Source: Epithemia pelagica
Taxonomy: Eukaryota; Protista; Bacillariophyta
Direction: 5' to 3'
DNA length: 64,000 nt
Assembly: GCA_946965045.2 (NCBI GenBank)
Contig: OX337230.1
Location: 2,976,001 to 3,040,000 of the forward strand
Part shown: piece by piece, positions 32,636 through 43,329 of the stretch
How positions within the stretch are numbered: position 1 is the first letter of the stretch
Layout: every line of letters starts with the position of its first letter
Program-made: the position numbers and the translations under genes
Notes under the pieces: model-generated
Database searches by the model: none
What the model was told of the DNA's origin: nothing
The model's input: the letters and a program-made list of their open reading frames with translations, nothing else

Positions 32636-34447
32636 ATGAGATCAGTAGAAATTTTCGCTCTTTCGCTTTTCCACCTTATTGCAACGTGCCAAAGGACGGC
32701 TGGTTTCATCCAGCCCTCGTTCTACTACAAGGCTCATCATCCTCCTGCATCATGCATCACGACAAGGTTGTCGTGTGCGTCGTTCAAGGTGGAGGAAACG
32801 GACGTGACAGAGGCGACTACGACACCAGAACCACTGGCGATTCCAACCGAATGGAGGGGTGAAGTGTTGTCTCAGTTACGAAATGTCATTGATCCAGATT
32901 TGGGGGCTGATATTGTGACATTGGGATTTGTCCAAAATCTCCATCTCGATGAAGAAGGCCGAACCTTGTCGTTTGATGTGGAATTGACCACACCAGCGTG
33001 TCCAGTCAAGGACCAATTTGCCGAAAGCTGTGAGAGTTTAGTCAAGGACTTGCCATGGACGTCGCAGTTGGATGTGCAAGTGACCATGACAGCGCAAGCA
33101 ACGGTACGAGAAACAGATACCTTTGGCATGCGACAAATTGGTTCTGTGATTGCCGTTTCGTCCTGCAAGGGTGGTGTAGGCAAGTCGACAACGGCCGTCA
33201 ATTTAGCCTTTGCCTTGCAATCCCTGGGTGCACGCGTTGGCATCTTTGATGCTGATGTCTATGGTCCCTCATTGCCGACCATGGTTACACCCGACGACGA
33301 CGTGGTCCGCTTTGTGGGTCGTCAAATTGCACCCTTGCAACGAAATGGCGTTCGTCTCATGTCGTTTGGCTATGTCAATGATGGTTCGGCCGTCATGCGA
33401 GGGCCCATGGTAACGCAACTTCTCGATCAATTCTTGTCGGTGACGCATTGGGGAGCCTTGGACTATTTGATTATTGACATGCCACCGGGAACGGGAGATA
33501 TTCAATTGACCTTGACGCAGCGACTTAATATAACGGCCGCTGTCATTGTCACTACCCCACAAGAGTTGTCCTTTGCCGATGTTGTTCGAGGAGTCGAAAT
33601 GTTTGATACAGTCAATGTTCCATCTGTGGCGGTCGTGGAGAATATGGCCTACTACGAGGTGGAAAAGAGACCGTACGATATCGACCCCGACGAACTCAAG
33701 GCAGCTCTGGCAGGAAAACTCAAAGAAGCCAATATCCTGGACAATGAAAGTGATTCCGAAAGCTCATCATCAAAGATTAAGGAATTGTCCAGTGACCTCG
33801 CCCAAGTGGTGATGGAGAAACTCCAAAGGAAGGAACCGAGTACAACCGACAAGGAGAAGATTCAAATTTTTGGATCGGGTCACAAGAAGCGATTATCGAA
33901 TCAATATGGTATTGAACATACATTTTCGGTTCCCTTGCTGGACCGAATTGCTGCCAATGGAGACTCAGGGCAGCCATTTGTGTTGGAACACCCCGACAGC
34001 CCACAGGCATCCATTTACGCCGACTTGGCCAAGGCTGTTGTGACGGAAGTGGCCAAGGTCAAGTATTCGGGTAAACTCGAACGACCCAGTGTTGTGTATG
34101 ATAAGGACAGACATGAAATTGTCGTGGAAGGACTCGGTCCAGCGATTGCCCCGGGCCAACACAGCGTGGATCGCATGTCCCCCGCCGACTTGAGAAGGGC
34201 TTGTCGATGTGCGCTTTGTGTCGAAGAATTGACGGGTCGACAGATCTTGATTCCTTCCATGATTTCCGAAGATGTCAAACCCCTGCGTATGAACCCAACC
34301 GGAAACTATGCCTTATCTGTCGATTGGTCCGACGGTCATCGATCGCTCTACCCCTACCGACAACTGAAATCCTTGCTTTCGGATCCAGAGTCAGATGCCA
34401 CGGCATCTTCACAGTCCCCTACTTCTGACAAAGTTGTATCGGTCTAA
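32636..34447 (+). CDS. HCF101: Plastid Fe-S cluster scaffold HCF101 (DUF59 + Mrp/NBP35 ATPase + DUF971)
   Basis: Bipartite presequence (TAG|FIQP). VIDPDLGADIVTLGFV and ELTTPACP, SCKGGVGKST, DADVYGPS, DMPPGTGD, C-terminal CRCALC and GNYA...WSDGH. Confidence 0.92.
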   Translation: MRSVEIFALSLFHLIATCQRTAGFIQPSFYYKAHHPPASCITTRLSCASFKVEETDVTEATTTPEPLAIPTEWRGEVLSQLRNVIDPDLGADIVTLGFVQNLHLDEEGRTLSFDVELTTPACPVKDQFAESCESLVKDLPWTSQLDVQVTMTAQATVRETDTFGMRQIGSVIAVSSCKGGVGKSTTAVNLAFALQSLGARVGIFDADVYGPSLPTMVTPDDDVVRFVGRQIAPLQRNGVRLMSFGYVNDGSAVMRGPMVTQLLDQFLSVTHWGALDYLIIDMPPGTGDIQLTLTQRLNITAAVIVTTPQELSFADVVRGVEMFDTVNVPSVAVVENMAYYEVEKRPYDIDPDELKAALAGKLKEANILDNESDSESSSSKIKELSSDLAQVVMEKLQRKEPSTTDKEKIQIFGSGHKKRLSNQYGIEHTFSVPLLDRIAANGDSGQPFVLEHPDSPQASIYADLAKAVVTEVAKVKYSGKLERPSVVYDKDRHEIVVEGLGPAIAPGQHSVDRMSPADLRRACRCALCVEELTGRQILIPSMISEDVKPLRMNPTGNYALSVDWSDGHRSLYPYRQLKSLLSDPESDATASSQSPTSDKVVSV

Positions 34448-34541
34448 CTGAAATCTCTAGAATGCGCAATTTACGTGTCATGACTCTACAAAATGTTCAA
34501 ATCGTCTCTCGTCCGCTCCGTATAGGCAAGTCAGGTCCCTC

Positions 34542-34952
34542 TTACGGTCCAATGTAGTGACGTTTACAAAACTCGACAATTCGTTGTGTAGCTGTTTGGA
34601 GCGTTGGAGCAGGAGCACAAAAAACGAGGCGAAATGCGTTTGGGATACCAAAGCAAGATCCGGGAAGGACAAAGACATTTTCTTCTTGCAGCAAGCGTCG
34701 ACTCCATTCTTCTCCGGGTGTCGTATCGTGGTCAAGCTTCTGGGGCTGCGACTGCGACGGATCCTCTTCCAACAACGACCATGACTTGTTGAGAAAATCA
34801 AAGGAACTGGGATCAAATCGCACCATACTGTACATGGCTCCCTGTGCATTGGACACGACCAGTCCTGGAGCGTTGGCAAATTCTTTTCCCAAGAGTTTGG
34901 CATTGTCACGCAAGGTTTGTCGCATACCAACTTGCCAGGTTGTCATCTCCAC

Positions 34953-35023
<71 letters not shown>

Positions 35024-36481
35024 CTGTGGCGGCGGTCAAGATTTGGACGGCCATGGCTTGTGCCGGATGAGAGGCACCCAAGACAATTTGTGCCAATTGT
35101 TTGGCTCCGTGTTCCACGGGTGCCAAGGATTGATGCACATTGTCGTAAAAGACGGCCCATCCGACCCGCCAACCGGGCACCAAAAACTGCTTGCCAATGC
35201 CACTGCAGGTAATCACGGGAACGCTGGCCGTCGGTAGCGTCTCGGGTCCAGTGTGGTGGTTGTTGGGGGGGTATGGTGCCGCCGCAGCAGCGACATTGGC
35301 CAAGGGGATAAAGGGGCGTGAGGGTAGATAGGTCAAGTCCCCATAAATCTCATCGGCCACAATAGGCATGCGACACACCTGACATGTGTCCACGATTTGA
35401 CGCAAATGCTTACAACTGTACACGGCACCGGTAGGATTGGATGGATTGTTGACCACCATGCCTCGAATGGGTCCAACCACCTGCTCGTCGTGTCCTTGTA
35501 CCAATGTCTGCACATGGTCCAAATCCACTTGCCACTCCTGGTCGGGCAAGAGTCGATAGGGCAATACATGAGCTCCCATGGATTCGGCAATCACTTGATA
35601 GAGCGGGAATCCCGGATTGGGAACCAACAAGTAGGTTCCTGGATCCAACAAGGCACGCAGAGCCAAGTCCAAGGCACCGGAACATCCCGACGCCACCACC
35701 ACTTGATTGGCGGATACCGGTCGACCAGGGACCCGTACCAACTCTCCTCCTCCTCCTCCTCCTCCTCCTCCTCCTCCTCCTCCATGGCGGGTGCTGGCCG
35801 TAGTCGTGGTGTCCAAATGCCACTGTGAATGATGATGGGCAATGGCTTGACGGAGACGGTGGGTCCCCAACGCATTGACATAGCCCGCCGTGGTTTGCAA
35901 CCACATGTGACTAGTATCCGACTGCTGTTGGGGGACCAAAATGGGACAGGGCTCAAAATTGGGACTCGAGGTTGGATCGCCAAGCTGTAGTAGGAAGGCA
36001 AAAGACACGAATTGGCAGCGTGTGGTTAGAGTGGACGTAAAGCTGCTGCGGCAATTTTCCTGTCACGCAATGATAGTTTGTTCCCTACTAAAGACAAAGG
36101 GTTACGTACGGCCAGGGAAATAAATTCTGGTTGGGGATCCCGTTCCTGTTGATGGTGGCCATTGGATCCTCCATTGTTGTGATGCCTGGCTAGAATGGGA
36201 TCTACCACGGCACGAATGGGATTGCGCGTTCGTTGGGACTCTTGCGAAGCCGGCAAGACATGCCATGGAGTCTCGTCCGGAAACGACGCTCCTGCTTCCT
36301 CTAGGAGAGGCTCTGCATAGAAAATGATCGTTTTGTCCTCTTTCTCCTTCTCTTGGTGTTCCTTGTGGCGGTGGTCCTCAATGGATGGAATTTCCGGTGC
36401 AACGAGAACCACCGATTGAGGGGACGAGCAGGCCTGATAGGGCGCAAGAGACGACGAAAACGACTGCGTTGTTGTTGTCAT
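34542..36481 (-). CDS. TAT: Class I PLP aminotransferase, tyrosine aminotransferase-like, two exons (36481-36110, 35984-34542)
   Basis: RNPIRAVVD...ISLA|LGDPT joined by intron 35985-36109 (GTACGT...CTACAG). NNPSNPTG, ADEIYG, SGIGKQFLVPGWRVGW (PLP lysine), VFVLPG. Confidence 0.85.
34954..35019. repeat. (GAC)22 microsatellite encoding poly-Ser in the aminotransferase
   Basis: Uninterrupted trinucleotide run, in frame with the minus-strand CDS. Confidence 0.95.
35745..35783. repeat. (TCC)13 microsatellite encoding poly-Gly in the aminotransferase
   Basis: Uninterrupted trinucleotide run, in frame with the minus-strand CDS. Confidence 0.95.
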
Positions 36482-37144
36482 GGTGAAAAAGACTCTGTGT
36501 CCCGCTCTGTGGGACACGACGACAAAGGATGATTGCTTCGCGTCGCGTTTCGAACAATGTTTCAAACCTAGAAATGACACTCCTCGACAACCAACAGTGT
36601 CAAGATACGAACAAAGATCTAAAACACTTGATCCTTTCACAGGAGGAACCAAAAAAACATTCTTGTCACCCAAAGTTCTGTTTGGGATTTGGGACTTCTC
36701 GAGATGAGAACGATTCATTGTTCGACTCGCACCGCGACTGCACACAGAATATCCTGGCAGTCTCTGCGAGTGCTCCGATTCATGGGAAGTCTTACACCTT
36801 GCCTGAGAGATATTATGTCTTTTATCGAAAAAGATAGCAATCTGTAACTATCAGTACCGATGGGGTTTGTGGGGCAGTGGAAGGAACAACAGCTTCTCAA
36901 AGACCACCTGCTTCTCATTTTCTTTGTTCTCATCACGAAGGAAGGAGTGGAGAGTTGAGAATTCTATGAAATCAACGTGTCGCTTTCCAAGGAAGAAGAG
37001 AGATTGTTTGTGTCATCCTTGTTGTCATCACCTCATCATCCACTCTTTGGGGCATTGTTTTTGTTTGCGTCGCACAACAAACATCCAAAGAAGAGCCACA
37101 AAGAAGAGCCACACGAGTCGGAGTCAAGTCCAGACTCCGTCACC

Positions 37145-39715
37145 ATGATTCCATTTCTGGCTCGCCGCAGTGAGGCGTCAGGAAAGCATGCCCTTGTACG
37201 ATGGAACATTTCCAAGCCGGATGGTGGTCGTCGTCAGAGATATTGGTCGACGCACAACAGGGCATGGAAATCCATGAGGACAACAGCCACAAGAACAGCA
37301 ACAAGACACCGACACTTTTCTTCGACTAGTGTGGCACCCCAAGCATTCTTGCCACAACAACAACACGAGGAGGATCGTCCACCACCGGCCTTGTCCAAAG
37401 TGTTGGTGGCCAATCGTGGCGAAATTGCCTGTCGCGTCATTCGTACCTGTCGGCAGTGGGGCATTCCTACCGTGGCCATTTACAGTAAAGCCGATGGACC
37501 GTCCGCCTTGCATGCGCAAATGGCCGATGAAGCATACTTGATTGGAACCGGCCCGACACCGGCCGAATCCTATTTGCGACACGACGATATTTTGGACTTG
37601 GCCCAACGTGTGGGTGTGCATGCCATTCATCCGGGCTATGGTTTCTTGTCCGAAAATGCCACCTTTGCCCAACGCATTCAACAAATCAACCAAAGCTCTG
37701 CCAGCAATGACAACAACAACACGAATGGACTCGTGTTTATTGGTCCCCCACCGTCGGCCATTCATGCCATGGGAAGCAAATCCGAAGCCAAGGCCATTAT
37801 GGACGAGGCGGGTGTCCCCACGACACCTGGCTTTTACGACACGACCACACCGGCCGACGAGCCGCAAAATGTGGACCAATTACGTCAACGGGCGGTCGAA
37901 ATTGGATTCCCCGTCCTCATCAAGGCCGTCCTGGGGGGTGGGGGCAAGGGGATGCGGTTGGTGTGGAAGGAATCCGACTTTGAGTCCAGTTTGGAATCTT
38001 GTCAACGAGAAGCGGCCGCCGCCTTTGGAAACAATCACGTCTTGTTGGAAAAGTACTTGGTGCGACCTCGTCATGTCGAAGTCCAAGTTGTCGCCGATGC
38101 CCATGACCATGTCGTCTCCTTGTACGAACGAGATTGTAGTTTGCAACGACGGCATCAAAAAATTATTGAAGAAGCACCAGCCTCCGATTTGCCCATGGCG
38201 GTGCGTCGGAAATTGGGTGCCATGGCACGTCGGGCCGCACAAGCGGTGGGCTATGTCAATGCTGGAACGGTGGAATTTTTGCTCGACACGAGCACCGTCG
38301 AGTCTGTTTTGTCGTCGTCCTCCAACAACGACAACGACACCCAAATGCCCTCGTTTTATTTTTGCGAAATGAATACCCGATTGCAAGTGGAACACCCCAT
38401 TACCGAAGCCATTACGGGGATTGATTTGGTCGAATGGCAATTGCGTGTGGCGGCCGGCGAAGTCTTGCCCATTGTGGAGTCCGAGGACATTGCATGCGTG
38501 GGTCATGCCTTTGAAGCTCGCATTTATGCCGAACAACCGACGCGACACTTTTTGCCCGCCACGGGTCATGTCTGGCATCATGCACCACCGATTGGTACAA
38601 CTACGAATACGACAGCCTCGGCCACGACAACAACGACGACGCCACCCGTACGAGTGGACACGTCGATTCAAACGGGTCATGACGTTTCCGTCTACTACGA
38701 TCCCATGATTTCCAAATTAATTGTGCATGGCCCCACACGAACACAAGCCTTGAATCGCTTGATTCAAGCCCTACGACAGTACGAAATTGCTGGTGTGTCC
38801 ACCAATATAGACTTTTTGATTCAATGTGCGAAGCATCCCACCTTTGCGCAAGCCGGTGCCGTCACGACCGGATTTTTGGACGATTTTGGGTCCGATTTGA
38901 AGTTGGATCCCATACAATGGGAACACGAGCAATTGGCACCGCCCCTGGGACAAGCGGTGGGAACCTATGCCGCTCTCTTGTATCTGGAACAACGACGCAA
39001 CACTGTCAATGGAACGAACGAAGGTTCTTCCAATCATCCCTGGTCTTCCTCACAAGGCTCGTGGCGACTGGGTGGAAAGGCAGGACGTGCACGACGGATT
39101 CTGGAACGAATCAGCTCCACCGGACAAGAAGACGGCGGTGGCAATGAAATTGAATGCCTTTCGAATCCCGATGGATCCTTTGACATTCAAGTCGGTCCTA
39201 CCAAAGGGGGTGACAAGGAAGACGACTCTCCCCAACAATTCCACATTACCGGTGGCTTTGTCGACGATACGGGACATGACATGACAGTCATCATTGACGG
39301 AAGCCAAACGATACGTCTCACCTGCGTACTCCGAGAAGAAAAGGGACACATTTTGATTCACATGTGGCCCAAAAATCTACCCTCGGATTATGCTTGGGAG
39401 ATACGATTGGAGAATCCCTATGCGCCAGAGGCAGTGGCCCGAATGACCAGTCGTCTGGGCGATTCCGCAGGAACGTCAACCACATTGGCCACGAGTGGAC
39501 TAGTCAAGGCTCCCATGCCAGGAAAGATTGGACGCATCCTTCATGACACGGGTAGTCCTGTCACCAAAGGTGATACTGTCTTGGTAATGGAAGCCATGAA
39601 AATGGAACATGCCATTAAAGCCACCATGGACGGTACTCTGGAACAGGTCTATCACAAGGTTGGAGATGTAGTGGGAGCCGATGAAGTCCTATTTGAACTT
39701 GGAGCAGGCCAATAG
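37145..39715 (+). CDS. MCCC1: Biotin carboxylase/biotin-carrier subunit, 3-methylcrotonyl-CoA carboxylase alpha-like
   Basis: KVLVANRGEIAC, HPGYGFLSEN, GGGGKGMR, RDCSLQRRHQK, EMNTRLQVEHP, YDPMISKL, biotinylation motif EAMKMEH. Arg/Ser/Thr-rich N-terminus resembling a mitochondrial presequence. Confidence 0.85.
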   Translation: MIPFLARRSEASGKHALVRWNISKPDGGRRQRYWSTHNRAWKSMRTTATRTATRHRHFSSTSVAPQAFLPQQQHEEDRPPPALSKVLVANRGEIACRVIRTCRQWGIPTVAIYSKADGPSALHAQMADEAYLIGTGPTPAESYLRHDDILDLAQRVGVHAIHPGYGFLSENATFAQRIQQINQSSASNDNNNTNGLVFIGPPPSAIHAMGSKSEAKAIMDEAGVPTTPGFYDTTTPADEPQNVDQLRQRAVEIGFPVLIKAVLGGGGKGMRLVWKESDFESSLESCQREAAAAFGNNHVLLEKYLVRPRHVEVQVVADAHDHVVSLYERDCSLQRRHQKIIEEAPASDLPMAVRRKLGAMARRAAQAVGYVNAGTVEFLLDTSTVESVLSSSSNNDNDTQMPSFYFCEMNTRLQVEHPITEAITGIDLVEWQLRVAAGEVLPIVESEDIACVGHAFEARIYAEQPTRHFLPATGHVWHHAPPIGTTTNTTASATTTTTTPPVRVDTSIQTGHDVSVYYDPMISKLIVHGPTRTQALNRLIQALRQYEIAGVSTNIDFLIQCAKHPTFAQAGAVTTGFLDDFGSDLKLDPIQWEHEQLAPPLGQAVGTYAALLYLEQRRNTVNGTNEGSSNHPWSSSQGSWRLGGKAGRARRILERISSTGQEDGGGNEIECLSNPDGSFDIQVGPTKGGDKEDDSPQQFHITGGFVDDTGHDMTVIIDGSQTIRLTCVLREEKGHILIHMWPKNLPSDYAWEIRLENPYAPEAVARMTSRLGDSAGTSTTLATSGLVKAPMPGKIGRILHDTGSPVTKGDTVLVMEAMKMEHAIKATMDGTLEQVYHKVGDVVGADEVLFELGAGQ

Positions 39716-40519
39716 TAGTAATAGGAGCTATAGCGATAAATCAGTGGCGCTCTTATCCACAAACAAGCATGAGACGAATGAACCCTTTGGGGATGTGGTC
39801 GAGTAGAAGAAGATTGCTCTACTACTCCGAAACGACGAATCCCTTTTGTCGACGGCTAGTCCTTGTACGAAGAGATGCCTTCTTTCAACATCCGATTGAA
39901 GTCCAAGCATGTATCTTCTTTTCGTCCTCTAGAACGGAACCACTTCCGAAAAGCCATCATCTAATTCTACTACTCCTAGGATCTATTCCATGTGGGAGTA
40001 GGTAGATTTTGAGGATATAGGTAGCTCGTCGAGATGTCGCAGCACGAATCTGGGTAATTCGTGTTTATAGGAGTAATTTATAATTCTCTACTAAGAGGAC
40101 TGTAAGCGGATGCGTAATACTTATACCTTTGTGACGTCACATAAATTTTCAAGTTCTGTTCTGCTTATAACCAGCTTGATTCGAGATATTGGAACACGTA
40201 AGTGCCACGTAGCACCATGTGATTCCCTCCAATTAAAGCCTTCGATCCACCTGCTCTTTCGCGATTGTTTTATGACGACGTCGTCTGTCGATTGATCGCT
40301 ATTCCGAAAAAGACACGTCGTCATTAGTCATCTATTCCAGATTGTATTCCCTCCAATCTCTTTGCGCTTTGCGCCTTTCACCTTTTCGAGACCTGGACTT
40401 GGATTTGGATACCCTCTTTCATAATCGGTGATGACAAACTGGTGACAAGAGCGCAAGTTCTGAAATCCCACCATTAACCGCCCCTTCACGATTATTCAAG
40501 AGACATTACAGCCAACACC

Positions 40520-41572
40520 ATGGGCGCCGGAGGCAAGGAAATGACGTTGGCCACGACGGTCCAGACGCAATCCAAAGAATCCATCAATGACTCTTTGTCG
40601 TCGTTTGGAGAGATTCAACGATCCACATCCTGGCATACCTTTGTTCTTGCCACGATCGCCCTACCTACCGTCTCTATGTTACTGGGTGTGGCTATTTTTG
40701 CCATTTTGTTGGTGGTGAGTCCAACCTGGCTTCGAACCGTTTTGGTAGCCTATCTCGTGTATGTGGCCATTGACTCGACGCCCACCAGAGGCGGTTGGAC
40801 ATGGATGAATCTTCAATCCAAACTGGTGGAAGATTTGTTTCGTCGCTTTTGCCTTTACAACGCATTGGCTGCCTACTTCCCGGTCCAATTGGTCAAAACA
40901 GCCGAGCTTCCTCCAGAAAAAGGACCCTATATTTTGGCCTACCATCCTCATGGTGTGATTGGTGTGGGCGCTGTTGGGGGATTGCTTTCAAATGCTACCG
41001 ATTTTGATGTCAAGTTTCCAGGCCTACCACGACGTGTCGCCACACTGAACCTTGTCTTTCTTGTTCCCATTCTCCGAGACTTGTTGTTGCTCATGGGTTG
41101 GATCTCGGTTCACAAGTCCGCCCTGACCAAGACACTGAAACGCGGAGAGTCCGTCGTCTTGTTGCCTGGAGGTGCCTCGGAAGCCATGCTTGCCAAACCA
41201 GGGACATTTGAGTTGTTTCTGAACCAAAGAAAGGGCTTTATCAAGTTGGCTCTGCAAAATAAGGCGTCGATTGTGCCCGTGTTGGGCTTTGGAGAGAATG
41301 ATGCCTTTTCCGTCTATGTTCCTGAGGAGGGTACATGGACGGCTAGGGTGCAAAAGCATTTTTACAAACTGACCTCCTTTACGCTTCCTCTCATGAAGTC
41401 ACCCTTTGCACAACGCAACCCGGTTCATGTCGTGGTTGGCAAGCCGGTCGAGTTCGATCCCAAGCAGACTGTGGATGAATGTCATGCGCAATATATTCAG
41501 GCTGTGACCGACCTATACAATCGAAACAAGGCTCAGTATGGCCATGGTCATATTGCTCTTGACATTCAATAG
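40520..41572 (+). CDS. DGAT2/MGAT-family acyltransferase, copy 1
   Basis: AYFP, YHPHG, LPGGASEA, RKGFIKLA, VPVLGFGEN, VVVGKP. Confidence 0.9.
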   Translation: MGAGGKEMTLATTVQTQSKESINDSLSSFGEIQRSTSWHTFVLATIALPTVSMLLGVAIFAILLVVSPTWLRTVLVAYLVYVAIDSTPTRGGWTWMNLQSKLVEDLFRRFCLYNALAAYFPVQLVKTAELPPEKGPYILAYHPHGVIGVGAVGGLLSNATDFDVKFPGLPRRVATLNLVFLVPILRDLLLLMGWISVHKSALTKTLKRGESVVLLPGGASEAMLAKPGTFELFLNQRKGFIKLALQNKASIVPVLGFGENDAFSVYVPEEGTWTARVQKHFYKLTSFTLPLMKSPFAQRNPVHVVVGKPVEFDPKQTVDECHAQYIQAVTDLYNRNKAQYGHGHIALDIQ

Positions 41573-42007
41573 CGAGACAGAGACAGCTCACTTTGGTCTC
41601 TGTCTGCATCCCCTCACACTTCATTTCCATCTGGATTAAGGTGATGAAGATCACTTTGAAGAGTTCTTCAGTTTGCACACAATTCTTTTATAGAAATACA
41701 TAAACGATAAAGTTCCATTTTACTGGACGTCCTACCAATTCCGACAAGATACCCCTTTCCCTCTCTCGTGAGAAATTGGGGGTTAGGGTTAGCGGTTCCC
41801 AACTCGGAAGTAACCGATCCATTTTCCTTATCGCACATAGATCGCTTTTCGCACGTCGCCTCATTCGTCACAGTTGGTGTCACGCTTTTTGACCAACGAG
41901 ACAGGTTCGTTTTGATGTTCTCTCGTTCCACAAGTTGTAGATGGCATGTTGGAATTTGGAATGGGGTGAAGAGCAACAGAAAGTGAAGCTGCATCGAGAC
42001 AAGACAA

Positions 42008-43066
42008 ATGGCAGTGAATGAACAAACCAAGAAAGACAAGTCGTTGGACGGAAAATCAAATGGACATTCCTCCAAGTCGACCAACGGCAAGTCCATTGAC
42101 GACGCGTCATCATCGTCGTCATGGTACACGTTCATGCTTGCATTCGTAGCTCTCCCCCATGTCACCATAAGCATCTTTCTGGCCTTTTATGTCCTGCTTC
42201 TATGGGCTAGTCCACTCTGGTTGAAAACGATTCTTGTCATCTATTTGCTTTTCATCGCCTTGGATTCCACGCCATCCAAGGGAGGTTATTCCTGGGCACC
42301 CTCTCTCAAGTCAAAATTTGTGGAACATTCGTTACGTCGACTAGCCCCTTACCAGGCAATGGCTGATTACTATCCGGTCCGCTTGGTAAAGACGGTCGAT
42401 TTGCCGGCTGGAGGGAAACCTTATATCTTTGCGTACCACCCGCATGGTGTGATTGGTGTGGGAGCCTGTGCCACTCTGCTCACAAATCCGACGGATTTCG
42501 ATCTCAAATTTCCAGGGATACCGCGACGAATTGCAACCTTGAGTGTTATCTTCTTAGTACCAATCTTTCGTGACTGGCTTCTCTTGATGGGTTTCATATC
42601 GGCCAGTAAATCCTCCTTGAGAAAGGTGTTGCAACGGAACGAGTCAATAGTACTCTTGCCGGGTGGCGCTCCCGAGGCATTGTTGGCCAACCCCAAAACA
42701 ATTGAGCTTTCCTTGCAACGTCGAAAAGGATTCATCAAGTTGGCCATTGAAGCAAACGCATCGTTGGTGCCCGTTCTTGGATTTGGCGAGACTCAAGTCT
42801 TTTCCATGTACAATCCACAAAAGGGATCGTTGATCTACACCTTGCAACAGGAGATATGTCGCGTTCTATCCTTCAGCACGCCAATCTTGCTTTCACCGTT
42901 CCCTCGACCTACTCCAATTCATGTGGTGGTGGGGAAACCAGTAGAGTTTGACTCGACCAAGTCCATTGAACAATGTCATGCTCAGTATGTAAAGGCAGTG
43001 CAAGACTTGTACAATCAACATAAAAAGGCCTACGATCACGATCATATTCCGTTATCTATCCAATAG
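42008..43066 (+). CDS. DGAT2/MGAT-family acyltransferase, copy 2 (tandem paralog)
   Basis: DYYP, YHPHG, LPGGAPEA, RKGFIKLA, VPVLGFGET, VVVGKP. Colinear with copy 1. Confidence 0.9.
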   Translation: MAVNEQTKKDKSLDGKSNGHSSKSTNGKSIDDASSSSSWYTFMLAFVALPHVTISIFLAFYVLLLWASPLWLKTILVIYLLFIALDSTPSKGGYSWAPSLKSKFVEHSLRRLAPYQAMADYYPVRLVKTVDLPAGGKPYIFAYHPHGVIGVGACATLLTNPTDFDLKFPGIPRRIATLSVIFLVPIFRDWLLLMGFISASKSSLRKVLQRNESIVLLPGGAPEALLANPKTIELSLQRRKGFIKLAIEANASLVPVLGFGETQVFSMYNPQKGSLIYTLQQEICRVLSFSTPILLSPFPRPTPIHVVVGKPVEFDSTKSIEQCHAQYVKAVQDLYNQHKKAYDHDHIPLSIQ

Positions 43067-43329
43067 ACATTTTGCTTCGGCAAATGTTTTCCATGTCGTC
43101 TGTCGGGCTCTATTATTGCTCCTTGATGGAGCTTCGGTTAATGTTGTCCAAATAGGATCATTTTGTTGTGGAATATCATACTGGAATAATTTCAGCATTT
43201 GTGCCGACTGAATCAGCCAAATTTCTAGGAGGCTGCATTGATGATGAAAGTGAATGGCTTTGATAGAAAACTCTAGATAATTACACAAACATCAACCGAT
43301 TCGCAATGGATTGCTATCGTAGGCCCTGT

